Both the position numbers and the translations under genes were made by a program. A stretch of 63,017 nt of DNA, the filler included, from Octopus bimaculoides (lineage: Eukaryota), in assembly GCF_001194135.2 (NCBI RefSeq). It is 5 parts of 4 records of this genome, joined end to end, with 100 filler letters (N's around TTAATTAATTAA, not from the genome) between each part and the next. Parts side by side here need not be neighbours in the genome. Positions count along the whole stretch, not along the records: positions 32,637 to 48,863 come from NC_068981.1; positions 48,964 to 52,789 come from NC_068996.1; 3 more parts are not named here. One strand, given 5' to 3'. The stretch's first letter is position 1. Each line of letters starts with the position of its first letter. Shown here piece by piece: positions 39,548-52,281 of the stretch. Under the pieces are notes generated by a model. It searched no databases and was not told the DNA's origin. It saw only the letters and a program-made list of their open reading frames with translations.

Positions 39548-40200
39548 CTATGTGGGCCTTTTTTGTCTATCTACACTGACAGTGCTTTTCACACCTTTAT
39601 AGTCAATAGTGACGCATTTGTCTGCTTGAGATAACACTTGATAAGGTCCTTGGTATGGAGGGGTTAATGGATGGTTAACTGCATCATTCCTCATGAAAAC
39701 ATGAGTCCAGGATGATATGTCCGCAGGAACATAGGATTTAGTGAATTGCTGTCTTGTGTTGGTGGGAGGCAAAGTCACTATGTAGTGTCTAAGACAATCC
39801 ACATAGCTTGAGTAATCTGGTGAATGCAAAGAAGCTGGAGTGATCATGTGGCCAGGTAATGATAAAGGTGATCCAAACAACAATTCTGCTGGGGAAAAAC
39901 CAATGTCTGTTTTAAAAGCAGAATGAAGACCAAGAACAATGGGCAAATATTTGTCCATTTCTGTGAGTTAGGATATGCACACAAAGATTCTGTTACCTGG
40001 CAATGAAATCACTCGATGCATCTGTTTGAGGCAGGATGGTAGCTTGTGATGTGGCTAACCCTGTATTCTAAGATTTATGTCAGATCATAAAAAAGTTGGG
40101 TTTCAAACTGCTGACCTCTGTCAGTTGTAATTATTGCAGGTGTACAAGAAATCCAACCCGATACAAGCACCTAAGTGATGGTTGGTAATGATATATCTGT
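39548..40200 (-). pseudogene. Ty3/Gypsy integrase remnant (catalytic core plus GPY/F region)
   Basis: IITTDRGQQFE...YHPASN...IE*FH with stops, then LPIVLG...SPAELLFG...HVFMRND...PPYQGPYQV...VSVDR. Confidence 0.85.
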
Positions 40201-41079
40201 GATAGTACTGTATCTGTGCACTCAAAAATCCTAAATGAAAACAAAAAACGGCCATTTGGCTTATTGACAAAGGCTCACTTGCCATTAAGCTTACACATTT
40301 GCTTCTAATTTTCCCTGCCTCTTTTACCATTTCCACAATGGTAAACTAAACGAGCAAATTATATGTCTAAACTAGCAAATTATGTGTCACCTCTTCCTTG
40401 ACCCACCTGACACATCCACTTCTCTCTCATGACACCTATTTGCTTCATTGTCCAGCTTCAGCACTACACAGTTTGTTCAGTCATTCTTTCTTAGATTACA
40501 GTCTTCTAGAATTTCTTTACTGGCCACATTTTCTCTAAAGACATTGACCTACACAACTTCTCTCATGTCTTGAGAAGTGAATAATACACATATAAAGATA
40601 CACACACATATTTGGAAATATATCCCCAAAATACCATCTGTCTAATGACTAATCTTTCATGCAGTCAACAATATGCAACAAATATTACTTAGTATTTTGT
40701 TGTATTGCGCCCTCAGTGTCTTTTCTATTGTTCCCTTACTCTTATCAACTGTGTACTACTATCACCACTCAAATATATTCAGTGTGTCTTCTACTGAGTT
40801 CCATCTAATGCTACTAAACACTGCTCAAATTTTCTGGCATTACTACATAGCACTGGCACTTTATTCTTAACTCAGTTCTTCTGACAATTGAACAGAAGCT
40901 GTTCCCTATCACTCAGTTTTAAAAAAAGCTTGAAACTGCTGAAAATACTGTTTAATCCTCCTGGATCAACCATTAAGAAAAAAGAATTGTCACCATATCA
41001 TTAATGGTAATAAGTAATATTTTTTTTTTAATTCTACATAAATACTTTCCATATACTGAAGAATTTTTTTTTTCTTAAG

Positions 41080-41196
41080 GAATTTATGGATGACTATAAT
41101 GCATTCCGGAAAAAAATTTCTGAATTTGATCATCGCCTTGCAACAATTATTTGCAGAGCCTTTGATGAATGTGGTGAACTTGATGCATATTTCAAG
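41080..41196 (+). CDS. Dynein heavy chain exon C
   Basis: EFMDDYNAFRKKISEFDHRLATIICRAFDECGELDAYFK (DxRLxTI..xFDxC motif); taAG and GTAATA sites; 117 nt, phase 0/0. Confidence 0.9.
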
Positions 41197-42317
41197 GTAA
41201 TAGTTAATAGTTGTCATTTATTTTCCATGTTTTTTTTGTTTTTTTTCAGAATTGTTTATATTTAATTTGCTGGATTTTAAAAGCAGAATTGCATAAAATC
41301 ATAGATTTAGTGCTCTAAAGAAAAGGCTCATATTATAATTTCCCAGTTATATGTTTTAGTCATATATCTCCATTCCATGTTATTTAATCTGTTCTATTTA
41401 TTCTAAAAATTTCTTTCCAAGTCTTAATTCTTTCAAAGTAATTTTCATTGGCATTTAAGAGAACATTATCAAAGATATAAACTAAAATAATTTGAAGTAC
41501 TAAACTTGAAACAATAAAATATCCAGCTTTCACTCTCTCTTCCTTTCTCTCTGGTTTAGTGGATTTGATTATTAACCTTTATTACTTGAAAGTAAATCTA
41601 GTTATATCATCATGATAAATCAGCAGATTAATTCTGCTAAGATTTACAGATGAAATGGAATCCTGCATGTAAGGCTATCGACTTGGCATTCTGACACTCT
41701 GTCAAACTAAAATATATTAACAAAAAAATGTGCTTCAAAGTTATTGCATTTGAATTAATTGACCATATCAACTGATTCCATGTTGCCTGCCTATATAAAA
41801 AGCTGTATGAAAAGAAAACTGGAACAAACATATCCACTCTGCAACCTACATAACTAAACATAACTTGGTAGATTATCTTATGTTCTCAGATAAGATTAAA
41901 TTTTTGCACATCTGATGTTCTAAATGTGTAAGTTGCCTACAGATATTTGAATGTCTACTCTTGTACTATAAATCTGCACAAATTGTATCTATCAGCAAAA
42001 AATAACATATGTATTGGTTTCAAATTTTGACACAAGGCCAGCAAGTTCAGGGGAGTAGGGGAGTGGGTAAGCCAATTACATCGACTCCTATACTCAAATG
42101 GTACTTATTTTATCAACCTCAAAAGGATAAATAGTAAAGTCAAACCTAACAGAATTTGAACTTAGAACATATAGACGGACAAAATGCCACAAAGCATTCT
42201 GTCTGGCCTGCTAATGATTCTGCCAGCTTGCTGCCTTAAAAACAAAATATACATTCCAAAGTAATACAGTTAATAAAACTTGCATTATTTTGACTACCAA
42301 CAAATTTTTGATTTCAG

Positions 42318-42583
42318 ATTATAGAAATGATGATTAATCTCTTGGAACGGCCTTTGATTAAGAATTTATTTGATTGTAAATACAAATCAATAACTGAATT
42401 TATGAATAAAGAACTTGATACCCTGGACATCATGTACAAAAAGCAAATGAAGTACTACAATGGAAAACAAGGAATTATCCTCCCAAAGTTTATGCCAAAA
42501 GTATCTGGAAGTTTAAAATGGGCTGAACAGATGAAGAGAAGGATAACATACTTCATAGCTAAGTTTAAAAGTCTTCATCACAA
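42318..42583 (+). CDS. Dynein heavy chain exon D
   Basis: NLLERPLI...MPKVSGSLKWAEQMKRRI (compare LLERPL and NMPPVAGxLxW); ttcAG and AA|GTAAGG sites; 266 nt, phase 0/2. Confidence 0.92.
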
Positions 42584-42607
42584 GTAAGGTGATATTTAAA
42601 TCTCTCT

Positions 42608-42645
<38 letters not shown>

Positions 42646-42698
42646 GTAAATGCCGAGTGATGAAAATGAGTGCTCAATACCGCATTGGTGGTTATAAT

Positions 42699-43088
42699 TT
42701 CTTTATTTGTGAATTAAGGCTATCATTGGTTTCATGTCAAGAAAAGTAGCAAAATATCCTAGTGTCTCAACAATTTTTCAAGCCAATCACATGGAGAAAG
42801 GTGTTCACCTCTATTTTGGAAAACACAGCCTTGTGTAGTTCACAGAGATTCTCGTGAATTCACGTGAATAAAACACTAATCAAGGGACGTTACCATTGGG
42901 TGGCATCTTTTGAATGTTTGTCTCCTTTGGATTTTTTCTTTTGGGCAAATTGTTGTATGGTAAATTTGCTTGCATTATTTTGTTTTTGATCTGATTGTGA
43001 TCAACTTAAAAAATTGTTAAGACACTAGGATATTTTCCTACTTTCCTTAACATGAAACTAATGGTAGCCTTAATTCACAAATAAAGAA
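42699..43088. mobile_element. MITE with ~85-bp TIRs, ~115 bp downstream of dynein exon D
   Basis: ttctttatttgtgaattaaggcta...tatcctagtgtc versus gacactaggata...tagccttaattcacaaataaagaa. Confidence 0.85.
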
Positions 43089-43299
43089 TGGAAGCTAAAT
43101 CTGGAATTGAGAGGCCCTACAATAAATCTAGAAATGTCAAAGCTTTTAGTAAATAGGAAAGGAGACAGGGCCCTAGTATCTTCAGGGAAATGGCCTTGCT
43201 TGATATTCAGAAAAGGAGTAGGTATAAATTCCATATATTGTAAGCTGTGGACACACAAGTGATGTAGTGGCAGATTATCCAAAAATGTAGTCTTCATAT

Positions 43300-43700
43300 G
43301 TAAGTCTCTTAAATGCCAAGATGGTTCACTAGAAGTAATTGATAGCCTTTGTTACTCAGGAGATATAATTAGCAAGGGAAGTGGCTGTTCTGAAAGCATA
43401 GTAGCCAGAGTAAGAATAGGTTGAGAAAAGTTCAGGGAGCTACTACTGCTGCTGGTAACAGACATCTTTTCTCTCACAGTGAAAGGTAGACTATATGATG
43501 CTTGTGTTAGAATTGCAATGCTTCCTGGTAGTGAAACATGGGCCTTTGATGAAAAGGACATGAACAAATCAGAAAGAAACAAAATGCCTTTTTGTTTATA
43601 TCGCTAGAGAGGAGATAAATCCTCAGTCCATCATTGACAAAACCAAACAAGGTTGAAATCACATGATCTGATGGTCTCAGCATTGGAGGTTGTGGGGATT
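43300..43700 (+). pseudogene. RTE-clade LINE RT C-terminal fragment
   Basis: GCSESIVARVRIG*EKFRELL...KGRLYDACVRIAMLPGSETW. Confidence 0.75.
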
Positions 43701-44199
43701 TATTTCCCCACTGGCAATATAAGCAAGAGTGCATTTTGCACCAAAAATCCAATATGTGAGTTTTTCTCATGGCAACTACTGCAGAAAGTTTGTTCTAAAA
43801 GAACATCTGTATTTAAGTGGGAATGAATATCATCTCTCTTTTATATTCAACATAGTGAGAGATCAAGTTGCCATTAATGATGGCTTGAATACTGTAGTAT
43901 CTTTATAAAATGCATATTTAAAATTTTTGAAACAGAACTTCATCCATAGCAAATACATGAAAGTCTATGCACTAAGAGTAAACATAAATTTTTTATTAAA
44001 AAAATTAGATTATATGTTTATTGTCTCATTTTCGGTGCTTTTTTGTTATCAAAGATGTTTTCAAATTGTCTTCATTGATGCTGATGTTTCCTTTATAATT
44101 TGACCAAATGATGCTTGAGATGATTTAATGGAAAACAATTTGAAACAAATAGTATGCAATAAACCATCTAACCCATACCTGCATTCAAGGTCCACATCT

Positions 44200-45500
44200 T
44201 GCTATCCTGCAGCATTACAGTTCTAACATAAGATGCAGACATTCTACCTTGACTCTGGAGGAAAAGGTCTTTATTGCTAGCCATGGTAATAGCTCCCTAC
44301 ATTAATCCAATTCATTTTTATTCTGACTACTATAATTCCTGAACAACCCTAACTACATTTGGGCATTCAAGAAAATCTGTTTCCAGTGTACTCATAGGAC
44401 ATATAATTCTAGTATATCTTGCACATACTAAGCCTACCTTCCTTGTTAGCCTACCTGTGATTACACTATATTTCTTGTGTATCCATAGCTTACATTGCGT
44501 ACAACATATTGAACAAAGCAATTTTCCTGATGATACCAGAGTCTTACCTTCCTTCCTATTTTCAAAAGCCTTAATCTTTGCTTAGTTTACCTTAATGCCT
44601 CCCACTTCTAGATATAGATTCCATTCTAGAATTTCTTCAGCTATATGAACCAGATCATTAGCATATAGGAGTGCCCATGGATAGTCAGTCTTAAACTCCT
44701 CTGTGATGGCCTGTAGGTCTTTGGTGAATAGTAGAGTGCTGAAAACTAAGCTTTAACAAACCACTGCCTGCATGCTAAATTCAGTGCTGAACTCCTACTT
44801 TACTTTTTTCACCTTAATTCATAGTTTATACAGTCCTCACCTATCATTTGTTTACACCTAGTTTAATAGTGACCATCAAATTACAGAGCATAGCACTCTG
44901 TTAAAGGCCTTCTCCAAGTCAATGACTGCCAGGAATAGTGGTTTACTAGCCAAGTATTTAGTTCTGCACTTGTCTCACTTAGAAGATTGTTTATATGGTA
45001 CTTCTGCCAGGTACAAAACTAAACTGCATCTCATCTAGCTTAACTCTACTCTGGATTAGTTGTGTCTTGAACTACAAAGCCTGATCCAACTATTTGATGT
45101 CTCTTAATTTCTTCTGTCTGAAGCATTTCCTGTTTGAGGCATTACTTATCCAAGTATTCATCGTATATACTATCTCATCAGATATTTTGAACATCTCATT
45201 GCCTATCCCTATGGACCATCAGCTTTGTTGTTTTTAATATCTCAATCTACCACATTACAGTAACATGAATTGATAGTTACAGTCAGTATGTGGTAGCACT
45301 TCTTTATCCTATGCTTTCTCCATGTTTAATAACCTCACATAATGGTACTTTTATGCATCTTTCTTGACATCTACAACAATGACAAATGTGCCTTCATAAT
45401 TTCAGCATTTTCTTAAACACACTGTCTCACAATGCACCTCATGCATCTGATCCTCAGATCATAAAACATCTACAAACGTCTTTTCTGGTTTTCCCATAAT
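44200..45500 (-). pseudogene. Decayed RTE LINE fragment
   Basis: SICCTQCKLWIHKKYSVITGRL cysteine motif like that found in RTE ORFs; many stops. Confidence 0.6.
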
Positions 45501-45594
45501 TAGTAATTTGTGAATGACTATTTCATGCTGTCTTTCTTGTAGATACAAAGCAACATTGTAAGTATCCTAAAGGTTATTATGATTTCCTTTTCAG

Positions 45595-45663
45595 CTGTGT
45601 TGAAAATGAAGAGGCAAAAGTTATTTATGAAAGATATGAAAACATGATAAGCCGGCTAACTGC
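45595..45663 (+). CDS. Dynein heavy chain exon E
   Basis: (N)CVENEEAKVIYERYENMISRLT; tttcAG and GC|GTGAGT sites; 69 nt, phase 2/2, matches exon D phase. Confidence 0.85.
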
Positions 45664-45889
45664 GTGAGTTTTCTTGTTTCAAGATTTTGTAAATTAAGCT
45701 TCAGTTTGTGAATAAGTGTTTTCCTTAGATTTAAAAAATACATGAAATGTCATAATTAAAAAGAAATTATACTAAATCATATGTGGCTGCATATTTTATC
45801 CATATCAAGTAAAATTGTTATCAGAGAGTATCCATCAAGATAAGGCAATTGTTTATCTGCTTAGTGACATTGTGTAAACAATTTTCATT

Positions 45890-45910
45890 ACATCATTATC
45901 ATTATCATCA

Positions 45911-45969
<59 letters not shown>

Positions 45970-47780
45970 TATTATTTAATGTTCATTCTCCATGCTGGCA
46001 TGGGTTGGATGGTTTGAAGCATTTATGGTTTATATGGCTGGATGTCTTTCTTAATGCCAGCCACTTTACAAAGTGTACTGGGTGCTTTTAACATGGCACT
46101 ATCACAGGTGCTTTTATGTGGCACTGATACTTGCACTTTTACATGGCATTGGCACAAGCGCTTTTACATGATACTGGCATGGGCACTTTTACATAGCACT
46201 GGCATCAGCATGTGACACCAGCACCTACGAGCCTGCAAAACTAGGATCACTTAGCAGAGAGAAGGATGTATGGATATAGCTGTATATGTGGACAGCCACA
46301 ATTTTACTTAGCTTGATGTCTTCTTAAGCACAGCAAGCTGACAGAAGTCTCAGTCCCTTGTCATCTTCTCTGTGAGGTCCAATGTCTGAAGATTCTTTCT
46401 CACCCCTTCGTCACATCTTCCTGGGTCTACCTCTTCCACATGCTCCCTCCACAATTATAGATCATCCTTTCTTGATGCAACTGTCCTCATCCATATACAT
46501 TACATGACCATACCAGTGCAGTCTTCTCTCTTGCACACTACGTCTGATGTCTTGTATACCCAATTTTTATCTCAAATCATTTACACATATACTAAGACCA
46601 CTTCCTCTGTTAACCTTCCTGTGATACCTCTTATGTGTCCATAGCTTGCATTGGGTATGCTACATGGAGTTCCTGTCAACACCTTTTCTACATATTGAGC
46701 AGTGATTTGTTTGTTTTGATCTGTGATTTGTTTGATCTGTGATTTGTTTGTTTTCCTATTTACTAGGACTTTGTTCTTAGGTAAATTAACTCTAAGGCCC
46801 TTTGATTCCAGGCTTTGCTTCCATACCTGAAATTTCTTCTCTAGTACTGGTGGTCATTCAGTAATAAGGACAAGGTTATCAGTGCAGAGGAGCACCCAAG
46901 AATAGCCTGCCTTAAATTCCTCTGGAGGACTATGATAAACAAGAGGGGAGCTGAGAACCAATGATTGGTGAAATAGATGGTGTACATTGGTGTACTCTAA
47001 ATTCCTTGCTATACTTATTACCTTACTGACAGCATCCCTGTGCATAGCTTGTACAACTTTCAACAACCAGTCATTTATTCCTAGCTTCTACATTTCCTAC
47101 CAGGTAAGGGAATGGGGGACCCTGTCAAAGGTTTTCTCTATGTCAACAAAAACCAAATACAGGAAGATAGCATCAGCAGTGCTTCTTCCTGGCATAAAAC
47201 CAAGTTACATCTCATCTAGGTTAACGTTTTTCCTAATTAATTGAGCTATGACCTTTTGTAACTTTCATTACCTGGTCCAGCAATTAGATTTCTCTGTAAT
47301 TATTTATGTTCAAAGCATCACTTTTACTTTTGTAGCAGTTGACTATAATGCTGCTGCACCAGTCATTAGGCATGACTCCCTCATGAACAACCTAATTAAC
47401 TATACATGTGACTACACAATATCCCACCCTGCCAGATACTTTAAGCATCTTGGTGGTGACTCCTGATGATCTGCAGGCTTTCCCTGTTTTCATATCCTTA
47501 ATTGCTTTATCTACTGAGCTACTATTGATTCAGATAGCTAGTCTATCTGTTAGGTAGGCTCTCCTACCATGCTTTCTCTGCATTTAGCAGTCTTTCATAG
47601 TGGTACTTACGAGCCTCCTTCTTTGCAAAATCACTAACTGCAAGTGAGTCATCATCCATGCACTTCTTTCCTACAACACCATGGTTTTCTTTGACACAGT
47701 CTTGCAATCTGAAACACCTCAAGTTTCTAGTCCACAGAACATTGGCAGATTTCTTCCTTTCTGCTTCTCCCTAACTATAT
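45890..47780 (-). mobile_element. 5'-truncated RTE LINE with (GAT)n tail
   Basis: RT remnant VVQAMHRDAVSKV...LLCTDNLVLITE (YADD-like); 3' end continuous with the family C tail. Confidence 0.75.
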
Positions 47781-48186
47781 ATACCTGTCTTTCAGTGCTT
47801 CCACTGCTAGGCTAATTACAATACCAAGGGGGATATTCTAATAAAGCAGAATTAAACAAATTTGAAGAGATTAATGTATTTGAAATTGATTTACCTGGTT
47901 TATATTGTCATACTAAGTATTTACTATATGCAAGATTCATATACAAGAAAAATTGCCTTTTCCTAAAACATGAGACATATGGCATTTCTAGCTGATATTT
48001 TCTGTGATCATGTCTATCCTCCCTATCAATAAACACTGACAAGTTTATCCAAACTAATATTGATTGCTAAGTGGAAAGGTTTTAATCATTAAACCATTTA
48101 ATAGTATTTCTTGTGCAGTAAAAGGTAGAAACAGCAATCACTATTAATGTCCAGGTTCTTCTAGGATTTAATACTGGGACAAAGTT

Positions 48187-48339
48187 TCATGTTTCAATAT
48201 TTTTTGCCGTATTTAAATTTAATGGTTTGGAAGCCACTCTAGTATTGTCAAATCTTGCTTGTACAAAGATTTCACCAGTTGCATTCTTCACTAATTTAAC
48301 TCCAAATGCCAAATTTATTACCATAGGTACTCTAAATGA
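48187..48339 (-). CDS. Putative terminal exon of an unidentified antisense gene (SFRVPMVINLAFGVKLVKNATGEIFVQARFDNTRVASKPLNLNTAKNIET*)
   Basis: Minus-strand acceptor ttcttgccttatgaatttgcAG, phase 0, 50 open codons to TGA; phase-compatible with the exon ending at 51061. Confidence 0.5.
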   Translation of the reverse strand, partial: SFRVPMVINLAFGVKLVKNATGEIFVQARFDNTRVASKPLNLNTAKNIET

Positions 48340-48963
48340 CTGCAAATTCATAAGGCAAGAAATAAATTAATTACTCAAAGGAGGCATCACAGTAACCAGT
48401 TACTCAATGTGAAGAGCTTACTTGTAGTAACATATCCCCAACATATAATGTCTGGACATTGATTTATCTACTATTCATACTCTTTTTATCTAGTATTGAT
48501 CCTTAAGAACTTTAATACCTATGATCATATATTCATAGCAAGGCAGACATGAATCATGCTTGTTATCAGCTGCTACTGGGGATTAAAGATTGTCATTACT
48601 ACTAACTCGTATCTAATGACATCATCATCATCATCATCATCATCATCGTTTAACGTCCGCTTTCCATGCTAGCATGGGTTGGACGATTTGACTGAGGACT
48701 GGTGAAACCGGATGGCAACACCAGGCTCCAGTCTGATTTGGCAGAGTTTCTACAGCTGGATGCCCTTCCTAACGCCAACCACTCAGAGAGTGTAGTGGGT
48801 GCTTTTACGTGTCACCCGCACGAAAACGGCCACGCTCGAAATGGTGTCTTTTATGTGCCACCCNNNNNNNNNNNNNNNNNNNNNNNNNNNNNNNNNNNNN
48901 NNNNNNNTTAATTAATTAANNNNNNNNNNNNNNNNNNNNNNNNNNNNNNNNNNNNNNNNNNNN

Positions 48964-49735
48964 TTATCTTTTATCATTTACTTGTTTCAGTCATTGGACT
49001 GTGGCCATGCTGGGGCACCACCTTGAAGGGTTTTAGTTGAACAAATTGTGGTATGACGTCAGTGTCTGGGGAGGCTGACCGGAAGGGCGAGTCGACCGGA
49101 AGGGGAAAAAGGGCAGAGGGAGCCTCGATCGGGATTCGTGCCCTTTTCGAACGGGGCTGCGGTCAGGACAAGACGTGTTAAGCGACGGTCTAGGTTTGGG
49201 AAGGTTTGGGAGAAGCAGCTGCTATTCCTGGTGTACTTTGGGTCGGGGCAAGCTTCAAGGATCGGATACCGCAAGACGGACTCGCAGTCGAGGAAAGGAA
49301 AACCGAGGTAAGGCGATTACATCTACTCGTACGCACACACCACACAAATCAATCCCAGTATATCTTTTATCATTTATTTGTTTCACTCATTGGACTGTGG
49401 CCATGCTGGGGCACCACCTTGAAGGGTTTTAGTTGAACAAATCAATCCCAGTATATCTTTTATCTTTTACTTGTTTCACTCANNNNNNNNNNGGACTGTG
49501 GCCATGCTGGGGCACCACCTTGAAGGGTTTTAGTTGAACAAATCAATCCCAGTATATCTTTTATCTTTTACTTGTTTCACTCATTGGACTGTGGCCATGC
49601 TGTAGCACCATCTTGAAGGGTTTTATTTGAACAAATCAATCCCAGTATATCTTTTATCATTTACTTGTTTCACTCATTGGACTGTGACCATGCTGGGGCA
49701 CCACCTTGAAGTGTTTTAGTTGAACAAATTGACCT
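48964..49735 (+). repeat. Tandem array of ~5 copies of a ~95-bp SINE-D terminal unit
   Basis: atcaatcccagtatatcttttatc.tttacttgtttcactcattggactgtggccatgctggggcaccaccttgaagggttttagttgaacaa repeated; one unit spans a 10-N gap. Confidence 0.8.
49047..49344. mobile_element. Solo LTR (298 bp) with 5-bp TSD CAAAT
   Basis: TGTGGT...ACCACA inverted termini; CAAAT at 49042-49046 and 49345-49349; GC- and CpG-rich against the background. Confidence 0.9.
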
Positions 49736-51060
49736 CAGTATTTATTTTTCTTTTAAAGCTTGTACCTATTCTATCAGTCTCTTTTGCGGACATGCTTAGT
49801 TATGGGGACATAAATACACCAACACATTTGCACACACACACACACACATACACACACACAATGGGATTCTTTCAGTTTCTATCAACCATATCCACTCACA
49901 TGATGTTGGGTGGCCTGAGGCTGCAGTAGAAACACCCAAAGTAACACGCAGTAGGACTGAACACAGAACCATGTGGTTTGGAAGCAAACTTCTTACCACA
50001 CAGCCATGCCTGCACCTATGTAGAAAATTTAAAGAATCTGGGATAGTTTGATATGCAAATGCAAAGAAGACGTTAATAGATAACATGAGTGAGTTGTTCA
50101 TATTAAAAAAAAGAGAGAGAGAGAGAGAAAGAGAGAGAGTAAAGGAGAGATAACAGAGTCTAATGTGTGTTCTTCATTGTGCACCTCCACTTCAAATTGA
50201 TAGTTAGTATGAAAAATGAGACTCCATCAGCCAGATGTGATGGGGGTATCCTATCCCAAGTGTTTGTGATGAGCAATGTCTGCTAGCTGTCTACTTTATT
50301 ACCAAATTTACAAGACAGACTTTCTGACAGGTAAGCCATTCACATCAAATGTCTTAAAACTGAATTAATGCTTTTTTCAATGAAGTGGTTTCTGTCAAGT
50401 TTGCTGTTGCAGTTTGGATTTCCAGTTGTTTAGTATAGAGTCAGTTGAGGCTGGACGTCTAGGATTTTGATAATCCTTACAATGTCTTTGGTCGATATTT
50501 CAAATTTAAAAAAGGGCTGTGAGCTGGCAGAATTGTTAGCATGCCAGGCAAAATGCTTGATGGTATTTCGTCCCTCTTCATGTTCCAAGTTCAAATTCTG
50601 CCAAAATTGACTTTGCTTTTCAACCTCTCGGGGTTCATAAAATAAGCACCAGTTGGACACTGGGATCAATTTAACCAACTTAGCTCCATCCCAAAGCTGC
50701 TGGCCTTGTGCTAAAATTTGAAACCAATATTTTAAGTTTAAATACAAGAGAATAATAATTGACAACTTCCACATCATTCTTAACTCCTAACCACCTAAAC
50801 CCGTCATATCCAGTCCAAGTATTCTGTCCTTGTTTTATGTTAAAACCAGCCACATCTGGCCTCTCACAGCTACCCTACAACATCACTCTAAAAATAAACA
50901 ATCATGTCACTGAATTCTTGAAGCTATGAAATCATGGAATATTAATTCAAAAACAATGTGGATAAATAAGGATTGCATTTGACATGAATTAGTTAAGTAT
51001 TGCAGCATGGAAGGTGTTTATAAGCCATTTTAAAACACACAAAATAATTGTTAGACTCAC

Positions 51061-51143
51061 TTCAACATTTGAATGTAATTTGTCAAAATATTTTCGTCTC
51101 TTTGAAACCATGACTTGTTCACTGACAAAATTCTGAGCTGCAT
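51061..51143 (-). CDS. Putative internal exon of the same antisense gene (AAQNFVSEQVMVSKRRKYFDKLHSNVE); 5' end lost at an assembly gap
   Basis: Open frame ending in a canonical donor GAA|GTGAGT (plus 51055-51060), phase 0. Confidence 0.55.
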
Positions 51144-51289
51144 NNNNNNNNNNNNNNNNNNNNNNNNNNNNNNNNNNNNNNNNNNNNNNNNNNNNNNNNN
51201 NNNNNNNNNNNNNNNNNNNNNNNNNNNNNNNNNNNNNNNNNNNTTTTTGCAAGTAAGTCTACTATTATTCTGACGTGACTATCTTTCTA

Positions 51290-51729
51290 TCTTATAACCT
51301 ATCCAACTTATGACCAATCGACCTGACAATGATTGGCATGATGGCTCCCAGCAGCAATAATAAATAGTCCAGTTGAAATCTAATGGGTTTAATTTCTTAG
51401 AAATTAACCTGTCTACAGATGATGTCAGCTAATAAACGCTTCCCCTAGGTTTGGTTATTGATCGCCACTGTGTTGGATGACTTTCCTGTCGCAGAACCAA
51501 CCTCGTATTTGTTTAAAAGACAACTGCTTGAGACTCTGAAATTTTTGACTAATTCCAGTTTAATAGTATAATACAGAATACTGAGTGTGACTTTTAGCTG
51601 AGAATGTACCTAAAGAATGTCAAAACATAAAATAAAGCTATGTAGGTCTATAGGTCGACTTATGACCAAATCGACTTACGACCAGTCAATCAGAACCAAT
51701 TGTGGTTGTAAGTCGATGACAACCTGTAT
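51290..51729 (-). mobile_element. Possible Tigger/pogo-like MITE fragment
   Basis: Minus-strand terminus TACAGGTTGTCATCGACTTACAACC and internal ACTTATGACC/ACTTACGACC repeats. Confidence 0.35.
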
Positions 51730-51823
51730 ATGTATATAGATATAAATATAGTTATATAGTTATATTGAACGTTCTCGTGTCTTCAACAAATGGCAACATA
51801 TCTGGATGGTTGTATATAGATAT

Positions 51824-51872
51824 ATACATACATACATACATACATACATACATACATACATACATACATACA

Positions 51873-51902
<30 letters not shown>
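51824..51902. repeat. (TACA)n tetranucleotide microsatellite
   Basis: Visible directly. Confidence 0.95.
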
Positions 51903-51905
<3 letters not shown>

Positions 51906-51926
51906 GCATATTCTACAAGATGATAC

Positions 51927-51941
51927 CTCCAGGATGACCAG
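51927..51941 (-). CDS. Candidate 15-nt micro-exon ((A)GHPG), phase 1/1
   Basis: Long pyrimidine tract, acceptor ...gtAG, donor AG|GTATCA. Confidence 0.35.
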
Positions 51942-52281
51942 CTACATTCCAATGATTGCAAAAAGTAGAAGAATACGAGAGTGAAAGAAAAATTGTATAT
52001 TGTGTGTTCTTTAAGACGGATCTTGAGTTGCCAATCATCTGTAATCTTAACTCTGTAACTCTACACATTGAAGTTTTGTTTATTGCAACACAGATGTCTG
52101 ATTATTTCTTAACACCATATTTCCTCTCATTTCCACAACTGTTTCTATCCCACTCTCTACTGCACTTCACACAAAGTTGTTCTCATCCTAGATGTTTATT
52201 TTACTTCACACCTTCTTTTACAGGTTTCTTCTAAACAGCTTCTTCTACAGGTTTCTTCATTAAACAATTCATGTAACTTAC

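Noticed and set aside
47830-48351. Weak resemblance of 48082-48351(-) and 47830-47997(+) to Polinton DNA-polymerase N-terminal motifs, and 34 open codons after the TGA at 48187
   Set aside because: The two fragments are on opposite strands and the similarity is only impressionistic. The spliced-exon model fits better; no SECIS or leaky stop context was seen. An HMM search would settle it.
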